Shown: positions 1 through 14,500 of the stretch, one piece after another
Numbering within the stretch: the stretch's first letter is position 1
How the letters are laid out: every line of letters starts with the position of its first letter
Assembly: GCF_009914755.1 (NCBI RefSeq)
Contig: NC_060929.1
Length of the DNA stretch: 64,000 nucleotides
DNA from: the human T2T-CHM13v2.0 reference genome, Homo sapiens
Reading direction: 5' to 3' (one strand)
The notes under the pieces: model-generated
Database searches by the model: none
What the model was told of the DNA's origin: nothing
The model's input: only the letters and a program-made list of their open reading frames with translations
Translations under genes and position numbers: made by a program

Positions 1-360
1 AAGATGCAACTAAAGCAGCACTTAGAGGGAGATTTGTAGCTGTAAATGCCTCTATTAAAAGAGGAGGAGAGGAAAGTGGGAAGGAGAAAGACTTCAAATT
101 AATAGCCTAATTTTCCACCCTAGAAAACTAGAAAAAGAAGAGCAGACTAAATCCAAAGCAAGCAGAAGGAAGGAAATAATAAAAATTAGAGTAAAAAGAA
201 ATAAAATAAAAAATAGAAAAATAATAGAGGACGTCAATAAAACAGCATTTAGTTCTATGAAAATATTTTTAAAAAGTAATGAATGCCTAATTTAGGTAAA
301 CTGACCAAAAAAAAAAAAAAAATAGAAGACCTACATTACTAAAATCAGAAATCAGAAATG
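1..360 (+). mobile_element. Old L1 (L1M) ORF2 fragment
   Basis: gatgcaactaaagcagcacttagaggga...gcaagcagaaggaaggaaataataaaaattagag resembles L1 ORF2. Confidence 0.8.
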
Positions 361-1239
361 TTGCCTCACATTTCTGTGTTCTGTGTAAATGCCAGTTTGC
401 TTAAACCGTCTTGCCTAGTAAATGATCAATATGGTTGCTATTCCTTTCTTCTTTTAGCGGGAATGAAGCACATTGTTATTTGTGTGTTAGTGGTTTTTCG
501 TTTTTAATCCTGGTAGGAAACATTTGGCATGCTCCAATTGCGAAATTTAAGGAAAGTCTGTAATTAAGGGATTATATATAAAAGGATGGTTGAGGGTAAG
601 GGGTTCGTAAAGGAAAGTGCAGTACCCTGGGGTGTTTATTTAACAGCCAGGACACGGTTACCTCCCCAAAGCTGGGAAAGGGAAAGGAGTGGTTATAAGA
701 ACTTGAGTTAGAAAGGACTGAGTACAAAGGACTGGCTTACTTTTGGGCTTTTTAAGGGACTCAGATGGCCAATGGCAACCCCATAGAGAGGGCCTCAAAC
801 TCACTTTCCTTTCCTGATCTGCCACTGTCACCATCAGCCAGATCCAGCCAGAGGAGCAGGGAGCCAACTCATTCAGAACAACCTCCTCGGGCAAATACCT
901 CAGGAGAATAGAATCTGCATGTGAATAGTTGGGAGTTCCATTATCCAAATGGAATAAGATGAAGAATGAGCAGATTACCTCATTGTCCTCCTTTTAGAAT
1001 AAATTTTTACCCTTGAGCAGTTAAATGATAGAATTCTAAAATAAAGAGAAACTAATCCTATTCTACTAATTTAAATGCTACCCTCAGTGAAGCCTCCCTT
1101 GGCTCCCTGCCAACCATACCTCTTTTCTCCTGGGCTAAAATCCCACAAGCTGCAAACTAGGAAGGCAGTTGAATGTTTGATTTGTCTGACAGAGTTATTG
1201 CGAGAATCTAAGAGAGCATTCTAATAGAAGGTAACAAGT

Positions 1240-1450
1240 ATTGTCTGCTTAGTAAGTTTACATGCTTTATCTCATTTAATCTTCATGGTAACTCTATGAG
1301 GTAGTTACTATTATCCCTGCTATTTCACTGTTTCACAGATAAGAAAATTGAGTATCGGATAGGTAAAGTAATTTGTCCATGGTCTTGCAACTAAGTGGCA
1401 GATTAAGATTTAAAACCATATCAGAATCTGGGTTTTAATCACGAGGAGAT
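1240..1450 (-). mobile_element. MIR SINE
   Basis: Reverse complement of the MIR core (tctcatttaatc...cacagataagaaaattgag). Confidence 0.75.
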
Positions 1451-1969
1451 ACGTATCTGGGTTTATATATCATACTGCTCTATAAGTGGTAGGGAACATT
1501 TTCTACAGACATGTATGGACTATATTGTAGCTATTTACATGCCTTGATTGCTTTTTGAGAGAAGTTTAAGTTTCTAAAAATTATGAGGGTAAAAAATACT
1601 CATAAACGACTATAAGAAAATCCTACTCTTTTTTTTCTGCCTACTTTTACTTGATCCTAAAGGTCAAGAGGGTTGGTTTCCTTAAAAATGTAAAAGTTGA
1701 GGATATTTTACTTTCTGTATCCATAGTTATATTATTTGTATATAATAAAAGATAATTTCCCTTTTTAAAATTGTTTAATATTTTACTAATTAAGATATTT
1801 ACCTCATCCCTTAATGAAATTTTTAATTTCAAATATGAGTTTACTGATTTTTCATTAACAAATATGATTCTTTGGGGATTGGAAAACAGTTGTGCATCTT
1901 ATGAAGTTTAATTGAAGAATACTGATTAACTGACCATGCCGTGTGTTGGCTTAGTTTTGGAACAATTAG

Positions 1970-2570
1970 AATGCTCATATGATGCTGGTGGTGATATAAA
2001 GTGGGCAATCACTTTGGAAACTAGTTTGGTGGCTTTTTATTAAGTCAAATATACAGCTACCATATGACTCAGAAATTTCGTTATTTACCGAGGAGAAATA
2101 AAAGCATGTATTCACTATTCACAAAAAAAATTCATAGCAACTTTATTCATAATATCCCCTAAGTGGAAACAATCCACATATCTATCAATAAGTTATTGGA
2201 TAAATAAATTGTGGTATAATTCTACAATGAAATACTTCTCAGCAATAGAAAAGGAATAAATTACTGATACAAGCAGTAGCTTGGATGAGTCCCAAAGGCC
2301 TGCTATGTAAAAGAAGCCAGACACAAGAGTATATACACTAATCTATTGTGACAGAAATCTCATCAGTGGTTGTTTGGGACAAATGAGAGGAGGGTGAGAA
2401 CCAAAGAGTACTAGAACACTTCTGGGGATAATGGAAATGTTCTTTGTCTTGAGTGAAGTTATAGTTACAGGAGTATACATATTTGTCAAAATACATCAAA
2501 CCGTATACTTTAAAAGATTATATTTTATAGTATACAAATTATACCTTACTAAAGTGAATTTAAAATAACT
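1970..2570 (+). mobile_element. Old L1 (L1MB/MC-type) 3' end
   Basis: L1M 3' motifs: tggataaataaattgtggtat, aaaagaagccagacacaa, tttgtcaaaatacatcaaaccgtatac. Confidence 0.75.
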
Positions 2571-2799
2571 GATTACAATTATGAAAATGAACTTAAATAA
2601 AAATTCTGCAATTGATTTCGAGCCAAATCCACAGATCAGGAATATAATAGGTGATATCTTTATATCATAAATAAATTAAGCCTGATATAAATGCCAAAAT
2701 TTATATGATTTCTTTCCTTGGTGAAATTACCATCTTTAATGTATTTTTCAAACCTGAGTTACCTTGAATTTCCATCTCTCTTTCTTTTTTAAAACCTAG

Positions 2800-2913
2800 A
2801 ATGGTCAGTTGGAGTGCGTACGCTGGATGGTGAGCGAAACAGAAGCCATTGCAGAACTGAGTTGTTCTAAGGATTTTCCAAGCCTTATTCATTACGCAGG
2901 TTGCTATGGCCAG
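2800..2913 (+). CDS. SNCAIP: Synphilin-1 coding exon (NGQLECVRWMVSETEAIAELSCSKDFPSLIHYAGCYGQ, ankyrin-repeat region)
   Basis: Pyrimidine tract and ctag acceptor; CAG|gtatga donor; 114 nt, phase 0/0; translation matches recalled synphilin-1 sequence. Confidence 0.97.
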
Positions 2914-3943
2914 GTATGAAGGAGTTTTTTAAGTATCTTCCCTTTGTGTACCATATAATCTTCCTACTTTTTTATTATTAGTCCATCAAAATCCAAACAT
3001 AAGAAATCATCAAAAATGTATCCAAAGGTATATAACCAATGATATTTGTTGTTATTTTTGTTTTAAATGAAAAAAAGTTTACAACAACCTAAATAAATAT
3101 CCCATGACAGATATTGGATAAATAATGAAGCTGCAGCCATTGATGACATTTTATGGGAAAATGTTCATTATATAGTACTAAACAAATATGTATGATACAA
3201 AACTGGTCCTATAATTTAGCACCAACTTTGAATTTTGGAGATAAAGAGAAATAGAAATTAATACTAAAAAAATTATGTCACAACATGTTTATAGTAGTTA
3301 TCACTCAGAGTAGCAGTACAAGTGGCTTCGATTTTCTATTTTTTTAATTTTTCAGTATTTTCCAAATTTTTTACAGTAAACACATTTAACATTTATCAAA
3401 AGGAACAATGATACATTTTCTTGAACCCAAAGTTAAAAGGAAAATCTTTATAAGACATTAATCAAGGCAGTCTCACTCAATTAAAGATGAATAAGCACAC
3501 TAACCAGATGGCTCTCAGTTGCAATCAATTTCCACATTAGGAAATCCCAACATTAATTAGTGTACACAGATCACAATCCAGTGTTTGCAGTTAAAAAAAA
3601 AAATTACTACCTCCCTTTGGAGAATGTGACTGTGAGTTATCTTTTTAAAAAACTGGAACCACAAAATACCAATCTCAGTCTTAAAAAATAATAGTACTGT
3701 GTTAAAATAGATTTAATTGTATTTGTGGCAAAGAAAATTGCTTCTCATGCATTTAACTGTATTCTCTCTGGCTTCATAAACTTTCCTAGTAGAAGTAAAC
3801 TGTGGCATTGTCAACAAGAGATTATGCTTTTTCAAGTAAGACAATCTCAAGTTCAAAAAGTAGACAACACTATTACCACAGTCTTTCTTTAGTGGGAGTC
3901 ATGCTTAGGGATAGTTTATTTTGTGCTGTGGTAACTTCTAGTA

Positions 3944-3971
<28 letters not shown>
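3944..3971. repeat. (TG)n microsatellite
   Basis: Direct reading. Confidence 0.95.
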
Positions 3972-3974
<3 letters not shown>

Positions 3975-4029
3975 ATATATATTACATAAAAACATGTTTT
4001 TTATATGTTATATACACATGTAAAATGTT

Positions 4030-4235
4030 TCCTATGTGTGCCAGGCACCACGCCATTGGATTTTGTGTACATTCTCTCATTTATTCCTCAAAACAACCCT
4101 GTGAGAGCTTGTTGTGTTTATCCCCATTTCATAGATGAGGAAGGAGACTGAAGAAAGAGAGTTACATGACTTGCACATGGTCTAATGGCTAGTAAGAGCA
4201 AAGACTAGATTTCAACTCAGATTCTCTCACTTCAG
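4030..4235 (-). mobile_element. MIR SINE
   Basis: tgtgccaggcac...ccccatttcatagatgagga, reverse complement of the MIR core. Confidence 0.75.
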
Positions 4236-4579
4236 GGCCAGATCCTGTTTTGTCCCCATTTGTATAGAAAATGTATGCAGATTGTTTGTAGAGGCACTGA
4301 TATAGCTGAAGAAGACTTTTTTTTGCAGTTTTATCTAACAATACATTGTAATATTTGGAGTGCTTCACACTACTCATTGAAGAGATTTTTAACTGTACCA
4401 AATTTATGAAATGGAGAAAGGAGCAGGCCCTACATTAAAATTTGTAAAAGCCACTGTCTTTGAAATATTATACTTACTCTGTGTTCTTTGTGCATTGTAC
4501 TTACTAGTCCCCATCCACAGTGTCCTGAAAATGATTACTGGTTATTAAGGCATGACGTAAGGATGTCATTTTTTGCTTA

Positions 4580-4893
4580 TGCAGACGCTCCCCAACTTAA
4601 AATGGTTCAACTTATGATTTTTGGACTTCACAGTGGTGTGAAATAAATACACATTCTGTAGAAACCATACATCAAGTTTGAATTTCGATCATTTCCTAGG
4701 CTAGTGATATACAGTACAATATTCTCTTGTGATGCTAGGCCGTGGCAGCTGCAGCTCCCAACAGCCACGTGATCACAAGGGTAAACAATCAATACCCTAT
4801 AGTGTATTAAGTGCATTTTCGACTTAACAATATTTTCAACTTAGGATGGGTTTATTGGGCCATAACCCCATTGTAAGTCAAAGAACATCTCTA
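4580..4893 (-). mobile_element. Tigger4/MER46-family DNA transposon
   Basis: Terminal inverted repeats cagacgctccccaactta ... taagtcaaagaacatct. Confidence 0.7.
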
Positions 4894-7049
4894 CTGGCAA
4901 AGAAGAGAATAGGATTTTCAAATGATCGGAAGAATTTGATCACTGTTCATCTTCCTAATCATTTTGAGTCTAAAACAAAATTTTATTCAATTGTGTGAAT
5001 AGTTATTTCATGTCTCCGATTTCATTTGCTTATATTAAAGCCTAAAAAGGAATTTTAAGTATCAGTGGAAAGGCTGCCTGCACTTTTGGTAGAGCTTGCC
5101 AAAGAAAAGGAGGAAAGAATTACAGGGCTGTTCTGAGACTCTAAGTAAATAATTGGGCATTCGGCATGCTTTGTCTTGGGAAATGTTGATTATATGTGCC
5201 AGTTTCTTTATTCAGCTCTCACAGCAGGTTTCTCATAATTTTGAAGCTATTGGGACTGAACAAAATAAAGTGCCCTTTTTCTGGGACTGGTTGGGTCACA
5301 GTGTGACTTACTTGGTGGGACTAGAGGAAAATATGGAAATTGGTGACCTGTTTGAAGAGCTGTGTCAAACGTTTGCTTCATGCTAGTGTCAATATTCAGG
5401 TTGTTATTTCAAGATGATATGCATTTTTTATGACCTAAAATACAGCTCTGAGGGGGGCAGTCCAGCAGTGCCCTTAGGAGATCATTCTTACCCAACTGGA
5501 AAATATAGAAGCCCATTAGAACTGCAAATGCTGTCCAGCCATCCTACATCCGCCACAGCCACTTATGTAACAGATAACCTGTGGAGATGCTGAACTTGGA
5601 ACCATTACAAGCCTAATATTTTCACAAGGAAGACTGTTATTGAACGGTTTTCTAATGGATTCAGCATATGCAAGTTTTTCTACATCCAGCAGGCATTTGA
5701 GTGTGTCCTGGCTTTGTTTCTTCAGTAAATGCCCCTGGAAAGGATAGTACAGAGGAAAATTCCTCTCTTGGTTTATTTTAGCCGCTCTCTGCCCTTCATA
5801 TAGATTCCTAAAGAATGGGCTCCACGTGACTCCTAATTTGTGTCGTTTTTCTTGTAAAAATTACTTTAAAGACTCTAGTACCACAGGGTAGCCAACAGTT
5901 TTTAGTGCTCTCCTGAAGTGATAGATCCCTGGGTGATAGGAATTGATTTTCTTCATCTTGACACATGAAGTCTCAGAGGGTGCAATTATTTCATTGCCTG
6001 ACTGTACCTGGCAGAACTAGCCACAGGGAATGTGAAGGTGGAAGCATCAGGGACACCCGAGGAAAAAGCAGGGAGTGTCCTCGGATAGGCCTGCTTTGCT
6101 GGCCCTTGAGAAAGATGTTGCTGGCAAAACAATTGAGATGGAATTATCTCAATTCAAAGCTACTGCCTGTGTAACTTGGGCTGTTTTATTCAAACATGAA
6201 GGTTCAGATTGTCTCATCCAGGCTCTCCCAGCACAGCTTCCTGCCCTCCACTGCTTGGGAGCCTCTGCCTGCTCTGCGCTGGTTATTAGTCCAGTGGGCT
6301 CTATGTTACTTTCAACATCAAACCTGTGATTCCTTTTGTTTCTGAATCATTCATGTGACTTTTAGTCATGAGATTCTTCTACGAAAACAACCTGCATCAT
6401 GGCATTGAACATTTACTAACAGCACCTTTACCTACACTGTTTTTATTATTCTGTAGTTTAAATATTTGCCCTAATACAGATTTTTTTAAGGGCACTTTTT
6501 GAAAAAAGAAAAGGCTCAGCAATTCTTGCAAATGGTCATGAGCAGTGGTAGACATGCTGGTGAGGGGGGTGTTCCCGCAGGCTGTGTTATTGTTGTTTTT
6601 CCACAATTTACTTTAAAAAGGAAAAATATTCCCCTGCCTTTATTGTTTTGCTGTCATAGGGAAGTAAGTCAACAGTACTGAAAGTGCTGCGATCACAGAT
6701 GAAAGCAAAATAGAAGAGTCTTTGATTAGCACACACGCATCTGCTCTCCAAGTTCTGATCTTGACAAAGCATAACTGACACAGAGCCCTACAAACCCACA
6801 GACTGACAGGCAGTTAACTGTGATTTCTTTGACTCAAGGGGCACAAAGGGAGCATGTCCTTTACAGAGTCAGGGGTCATGAGGGGATGCGCAATTGTGGA
6901 TATCCATACTCAAAAGACAGAAAACAGAGTCATGAAGAACATTGGTTCATACAGCAAACTGTCTCCATTGTCATCCTAACCTTACCACTTACTAGTTCAA
7001 TGGGTTAGATATTTTAATTTTTTTTTTTTTTAAAAAGAGAGAAAATATA

Positions 7050-7200
7050 AGAATAGGTCTCCCTGGACCTCAGTTTCTTCATATGTAAAATGGAGATAAT
7101 AGAACCTTCCTCACAGTGTTAATCTGAGGACTAAGTGAGAAAAGCCACATTGCCCAACCCATACTAGGCACTAGATGAATGTCGGCTGTTATCACTATTG
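7050..7200 (+). mobile_element. MIR SINE
   Basis: cctcagtttcttcatatgtaaaatggagataatag core. Confidence 0.75.
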
Positions 7201-8958
7201 AATCTCCTCCAACTTATTGTTTTTATTCCTATCAATATTATTCAGTTTACTTATTTTACCATTAGTAATGTATAGGAGAAACTTGCAAAGGAATTATTAA
7301 GGCCATAACCTATTTAATCAATTCTTAGGTGCACTTTATTTCACATTTTACCGTCTTTTGATTCTACATATATCTTACAATACATGAAATTATAAAATAA
7401 TTGCTGACCTTTATTTTTTACATTTTTACATCTCAAAAACTGGAATAAATCTTATAATTGGTGGCATATTAGATTTGATAATCTATGATCACAAAGCTAA
7501 CTCCTTTTAAAACATGGATTGCCACACACTATAGAGACTTTATTGATACCAGCAATAAACCTGTGACATACTTCTCAAGTACATTTTTTATTGGAATTTG
7601 TCCAGCAAATCTCATAAATCACATGAGATAATTGCCTCTTTAAACAACTTGCATTGCCCTTAGGAACACATAAAATACAACATTAAAACAGGTTACCAAA
7701 ACAGCAGAAAATCCCCAGAAGAGGAAACTGCTGAGGAAAACTATATAAGAGGAGTTTTCAGTCAGTACATGAAGGTTGAATGGATAAGTGGATATGTGGG
7801 TGGATGATGAAATGTAAGTTGGAGAGCCATTCTGGGAAACAAATGACACAGAAATCTTCATCCATGTGACTTCATTAGATATTCTCTGAAAGCAATACTT
7901 ATGGGGAAATGAAGGTCTGAAGTTACATCCATCCTTTAATGTCTCCTGCATGTAGATACACTGACTGAGAGAACACACACTGAGGGGCTAAGAGGGGAGG
8001 GGGACACCATTACATATGTATCTAATCATATTAACAAGTGCCCTCTTAGCTGAAGAAAAGTTTTGTCCTTCTTAGGAGGTATTTTCAGATAGTCATTTTG
8101 AATGGTAGAACTGTGCATCTCCACAGGCATGGTCCCCAGAATCAGGGCAGGATTTGTCTGTAAGCAGATATTAAATATGCTTTTACCAAAACCAGAGACT
8201 CTAGCCATCTCCATGTCCCCCTCAAAAACCCTAAATGTCTGTTGTTAGAAGACAAGGTATATAGTCAATCCGTCATTTTGGGGAGTACTTCTCTGCATTG
8301 TATAATGGAAGATTTTGGTTTACATGTCATATCTCAGTGGACAGGCCAATCGCACTTCTTATTTTAAATTCTTATGCTTATTCTTAAATTGTCCAACATA
8401 AAACCCAAGACTGGATTTGAGGTGCTAGGCAAAACCTTGTTCTGAACAGTCAAATAATGGTTCTTTCTTTATGTAAATCTTGCATATTGAATTGGTTAGA
8501 ATCTTTCATTGTAAGGAAGAAGAGTTATCCATGCCTTCCTAAGAAGGAAAGGCAAGTTATTGTAACAATATAGGTTGAACCTGACTTGGAGGCCCCCTCA
8601 GGGGCCCAGGTAACTTTTGGCTCACACAGACCATGTATGTCTTGTTCTCCCAGATTATCAAGCCCCTGAAAAGTCCGAGGTCCTAGACTCTCCCCACAGA
8701 TTTCCACAATGGGAACATTCCCACTCTTATGAGGGGCAGTATTCCATTGCCTATAACCCCACTACTAAAACTAAAGCACTGTGATTTTAATAAAGGGCAT
8801 TTTTTTGTGTATGTGGAATAGACATACCCCCCATAATATTGGGGCCTGGAAATATGGAATTACATCCAACAAGAAGATACATGTAAAATGCTTCTCAGTA
8901 TCTTGAACTCCTCCAGGCTTTACTTGCTAAAGAAAGAAGTCTCTAGAATATCAAGGAA

Positions 8959-9542
8959 TACAGCAGGTCCTTACATTAACCTGGTTTCTTTCAACATCAT
9001 CTTCTTATAATGTTGATGAGAAGAAAAAAACCAGTTCCCAGCCAGGGCCACTGTCCCTGTGGAGTTTGCTCATTCTCCACATCTCAGTGTGGGTTTTCTC
9101 TGGGTACTCCAGTTTCTCCTCACGTCCCAAAGATGTGCACATTAGGTGAACTGCTGTGTCTCAGTTGTCCCAGCATGAGTGAATGTGTGTGGGTGTGAGT
9201 GCACCCTGTGTTAAGGTGGTGTCCTGTCCAGGGATGGTTCCCGCCCTGTGTTCTGAACTTCCAGGATGGGCTCCAGCCACCCAAACCCTGACTGGAATGA
9301 TCAGATAAATAATTATCTTACTTGTTTGTATTAGTCTTTCTTAAATGTATGTATAGCTCATATTTGTTTCAATGTTTCACTTTAGAAGTGTTTGGTCTTT
9401 ATTTAGAAGTTTGGTGCTGTTTTTGTGACCAGAAATATGTCATAGGAACTAAAATGGTAAAATTAGTTTCATTATACTTCATTTTGCTTAAAGTCGCAAT
9501 TTCCAAGAATCTGTCCATGCCATCACATGAGGACTTGCTGTA
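8959..9542 (+). mobile_element. MER6-type (TcMar-Tigger) element
   Basis: TA-flanked TIRs tacagcaggtcct ... aggacttgctgta; internal tgtggagtttgc...tcccaaagatgtgca segment typical of MER6. Confidence 0.7.
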
Positions 9543-11059
9543 TATCATTGTCCGCTCCCTCAGTTTTCTGACTTATAAAATAAGGCTTTTTGAATTGGAT
9601 GATTCTTTAAAATCTCTCCCCTCCACATGTTTAGGAGTCCATGATTTAATATCTTGAAGCAAACCAAATCACCACAAGTTTGAGAATGACCCATTGAAGA
9701 GAATTTGTTCTGCATATGGTGGGTCCATCTGTTTCACTGGTAGAGGTACCATAATCTATCCTCTTGCAGCCTCCATGTCTGAGCCATTAACCTCAACCAG
9801 TTGGTTATGTCTTTTATCCTGAGATACTTCCATTCATCCAGATTTTTAAGGAGTTAAGAATCGTATGCTATAATCATCTATGTCCAATTAAAAGTAATCC
9901 AGTGTTTTTCCCCTACCTAATTAGAAAAAAAACAAAGGAACTGCTTTTACGTTATGCAAATGAAACATCACCTGCTGTGGTCCAAACATCAGCTCCAATT
10001 TTCTCTAGGTTTGCCTTTGAAGAAGAGGACTAAGCATAGCAGCATATTCTTATCCAACCTCTAACTCCCAGCCATAGCTCCAGGCTCTGCTTCTACCTCA
10101 TTCTCTAGGGACCCTTGAGGGTTTCAGTTTCTACCATGTCTGTCTCCTTTTGCAGTTAACACTCACCCTGCTTTCTGGGATGCCTTCTTAGAAGGCTGTA
10201 GGCATAGATTACATTGTTCTCATCATGCTCTTTAGGGGTCTTACTCCCTGGTGCTCATTTAGAAAAAGTGTGGTGCAAATGTTCAGTCTCTCCCTGATGT
10301 CACAAATACCTTCATAAACAGTGCCCTGTTCCCCAACATAAGGGGTGAAACATTAAAAGATTTGGCTGTTTTTATCCAACATTCCTTTAGCAGATTAGTT
10401 GGCATGTTCAGAAGATGAAGGCAAATTTAATCCAGAAAAGTATAAAAGTTCATGAGCAGTCGGAGCAAACAACTGGAAAAAAAAATCCTTTAAAAGGCTA
10501 AGAAGAAAGAAGTTCAAGGTTATTTCAAACACATGATCATCTTTTTAAATGTCAAATTCCACCCACTAAACTTCATGCTGTTGTTTTTACCACTCTCATA
10601 TTTTTTTAACTTTATATTTAATCTTCTATTTTAAAACAGTGAAATCCCATCCCCCTGCTTTCTCCAAAGGCCAAGCATAACATGAAAATACCACAAAACA
10701 CTCAGTGGGTAAAATGCAAACAGATTATGACAACACATACTGTGACTGCTCTATGTCTTTGCTTTTGAAAGGTTTGCGTTCCAAGCTTTTGGTTCCCTTC
10801 CTTTAACATGAAAGAAGGGAAATCTTTACCTTAAGACACCACCAACACTTGGTCAGAAAATCAAGAGGGTCCTGGTTTTATTTCAATGAACTTATCTTAC
10901 ACTTGGCAACTTAACGTATTTACCTGTTTTTTATAAGCCTGTTGATTGCAGGAGGTATGGATTATAAAGGCATGGTTGAAGAATTATAAACTTAAGAGTA
11001 GAAGCTAATTCTCAACAATTCAAGGTTTTATGGTAACATTCTTGAAGCCTACAGGCAGT

Positions 11060-11210
11060 ATAACACAGCAGCAAGAACATTGCCTTGGGAGCCTTGGAAT
11101 CAAAAGACATGGATTCTAGTTCCAACTTTGGATCTGTCTAGCTGTGTGCCTTGGATGAGGCACTCAATCTTACTGCAAACCTATTTTCCCATCTATAGAA
11201 TAGATAAGTA
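11060..11210 (+). mobile_element. MIR SINE
   Basis: ggaatcaaaagacatggattcta...tagctgtgtgccttgg...catctatagaat. Confidence 0.6.
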
Positions 11211-11448
11211 AAATAAGAGCGCTTCCAAGGGAGCTTCCTGCTCTTAAAATTCTCTATGCCGTCCTCTTTCATTCATTTCAGTCAGAGATTCAAGGATTTT
11301 CAATTCACATCTGAATGAGAATTTTCTCTTGCTACGGTAAGCATGGTTTTACCTAAGCTTCACAAATTAGGGTATTGTTTTCCTCTGTCTTTTTATCTAA
11401 CTTCTCTGCAAGATATTACATGAATCCCAACTGTCTTTGTGTTTATAG

Positions 11449-11574
11449 GAAAAGATTCTTCTGTGGCTTCTTCAGTTTATGCAAGAACAGGGCATCTCGT
11501 TGGATGAAGTAGACCAGGATGGCAACAGTGCCGTTCACGTAGCCTCACAGCATGGCTACCTTGGATGCATACAG
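11449..11574 (+). CDS. SNCAIP: Synphilin-1 coding exon (EKILLWLLQFMQEQGISLDEVDQDGNSAVHVASQHGYLGCIQ, ankyrin repeat)
   Basis: tttatag|GAA acceptor; CAG|gtacac donor; 126 nt in frame; ankyrin-like DGNSAVHVASQHG motif. Confidence 0.97.
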
Positions 11575-14500
11575 GTACACAGGCCCTGCTGTTTTGCAAT
11601 GAGAAATGAGTATATCAAATATTAAACAAAACATTAAAATTATGTTCACTAGGAGAATGTCTGAATTAATTCACCTTTTGTATGGTCGTAGACAATAAGG
11701 AATTATTGCTCTATTTGTGTTTCCAGAAATCCACACAAATGTAGGTAGGCATAAATATCCATAAGAGTTTCTCTTTCAGTGTCCCAGGGTGTTGAAAGGG
11801 ACTTTTCCTGCTCCCTTATCACTGCTCTAAAGCCCCAGTGCTGAGGACAATAGACATTAAATTTCCCCATGTTCTCAAGGCACCAGAGAAACCACTACCA
11901 GGCAGACATCTGTCTCTCAAGTGGCAGGCTGCTCTTCCCCTAACTAGTAAATTTCATCCTCCAGGTATATGAAGAATAAGATAGATTTTTCAGGAATGGA
12001 TTAGAATTCTTTGTGTAGGGAGTTGTAGGCTAGAGAGAGAATGCTGTAGTTCCCCCTTTCTCTGTAGTAGGACTGAGCTTCTCAAATGCATTCAAAAGGT
12101 CCAGAATTGGTTGGGAGTAGATTCAGATATTGGTCCTCTCCGCCCTTGGGCAGGCCACCCAGGGCCTTGATTGCCCAACCACTGCACCCAACAGCCTCAA
12201 GTAGCCTTATGTTTTTACCCTAACTTGCCTTCTAAATATTGTCATATCCAGTGTGTACAATGATGTCAAAAAGTTGGGGAGCTGAGCCACAGGAGAGGGG
12301 AAGGAGTCTCGACCCCCTGCCCCAAGCCACATGAAGGGTGCTCCAAGAAAGCTCCCTAGAGAGTGTAGGGTTCCTATGAGAAGAAGAGGTGACATCTCAT
12401 CCCTCAGTTGAATGCAGAGCTGCATGAAACTGGGCCAAACCCAGAGCTGCCATCCAAGTAGTGCATGGCAGGAAAGCCCAACAAAGGTCTCCAGGAGTCT
12501 GGAGTATATGTGAACATAAGACCCAATTGATCTTTCCACCTTGAAAATGTTGAATGCCCTCAGTGACAGAGCAAAAAGAGGGGATAGCTGAAGGAGGAGT
12601 AGCAGATGGAAGAGGCATGACAATGTGAGGAAAGGAAAGGCTTTGAATTGGAAACAAAGTCAAAGTTTAGACTTGGTCTAGAATTTTATTTACAGACATA
12701 AATCATTATTACCAGAATCAGACCAATTATACCATTATTATCATTGAAAGTGACCCGACATATATGGATTTATTCCCATATCTATCTGATATATAGGATA
12801 GGGAAATTGACAACATATGGTTGAAGGTCATGATTAGAGACAAGACTTTTACCTCATCAAGTTCATACGGTTCAAAATATGTTATGGTATATAACATGTA
12901 ATACACTTTCTACCTTTAAGAAAGCAGTACTCTTTTTTTTTTTTTTTTTTTTTTTTTGGCTTACACGTGTGTTATTTTCCTATGTTGCAAACTCAGTGTG
13001 CTCAGTTATTCAACAGGTGCTTACTGAGGCCCTCCTGGGTGCAAGATAGATGGTATCCAAAACAGAAAACTGAGAGGTGAGAACCAGTTGCTCAGGAAGG
13101 TAGAGGAGACTTGGGAAATGACAGGAGAATATATGGGGAAACTATAAATATAAAAGGCAAGAGATTTATGAAAACAAAAAGCAGAGATAATAGCAGAAAT
13201 CTCTCTAGAGTGCCTACTCACATGAAACTGCTGTTTGGAGAACTCACTTGATAGGAAATAGTCCGGAGAGCTGAAAGTTTTTCTATTATTGTTGGCAAAG
13301 TGTGCATCTTCTAATTTAAGGCATCAAGTTTTTAAAAGAGTGATATGAAATTGGAGAGTATAGGAGAGAAATTTAAATTCTTAACAGGTTCTGCAGAAAT
13401 ATTAAAGGAGTAGCATTTTTTTGTAAAGGAAATATGATTGAATAAACATTGAAAAATATGCTTTTCTATTTAACAAAACACTCTAATATTTAATAGTCTT
13501 GAAACAAACTTTTAAGCAGCTAAGAAATGACTAAAGCCAAAGAAAGCCAGCTGATATCACTACGTGAGATTTTAGTTATTTTTCTTTTTAATATGTGAAG
13601 AGAGACAGTCTTTGCTTTTAGAGCGTTCATCACTCCACTTACACACAAATGATATTTTTGGCACTGGGTACCATGGAAGTGGAAACTTGGATAATCTTGG
13701 AAGGGGATCTGTCCACTGGGTGTGAAATTTAAAGAAAAAAAAAGATAAGAGACCGAGAGTGAGCAAGGGACCCTATGAGGTGAGGAGGGGACTGAGTAAG
13801 GAAAACAATGGAAAGAAAACTGCAGAGGTCAGGGCCAAGGGGGAGTAATAACAGTGTGTGTTTATATAGCATCTCTTCAAGAGCCCTGAGAGCTCAATAC
13901 TGACATGGTCTCTGTGACACTCCTGTGAGGTAGGTGGCAATGGCTTTGTGGTGAGTTGACCTTTCATGGTGAGTGATCATAAACCAAAAGGAAAACGAAG
14001 CTCCTTAATGACCTCTCAGTCTAAGTAGTCTAAAAATTTAAATACTACAACTATTGCTTAGGGGAAAACACTGTCTACTACCCAGATTAATCCAGGTTTG
14101 CAGTCTCATCATGATATTGTCAAAGAATCTATCAGATTGTAGTGGTTGATTAATATTGACGTAATAACTTTTTGTGGAATCTAATAATATCACAGTATGG
14201 ACACAAAATAGTTTGGATTTTTTTAAATTATTAATTTCAACCATGTTCCATCAAATTTCTCTCTCTCCACAACTAATGATACCTTGGCCAGATTCCGTAA
14301 CTTTCTCCTTTCTTATGACTATTAAAATTTACTCCAAGCCTCTTTAAAATCTCAGTCTTACTTCTGATTCAAAGCATTCTCCTTCCCACCCAGACTAGAC
14401 TCAAGATTCAAGGGACTTGGAATGGGAGTGAGACATGCCTTTTTACACACCACTTTAGCTCCTATCCCCCTATCTCTTCTGGGCTGCAGTGTCAAGGACA

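Noticed and set aside
1-360. Similarity between the window start and 52440-53100
   Set aside because: Independent old L1 copies covering the same ORF2 region, not a segmental duplication.
9040-9300. GC-richer structured segment resembling a vertebrate SINE domain
   Set aside because: Known internal part of MER6-type elements.
12207-12663. Overlapping 138-aa and 88-aa antisense ORFs
   Set aside because: No recognisable domain or exon structure; length compatible with chance.
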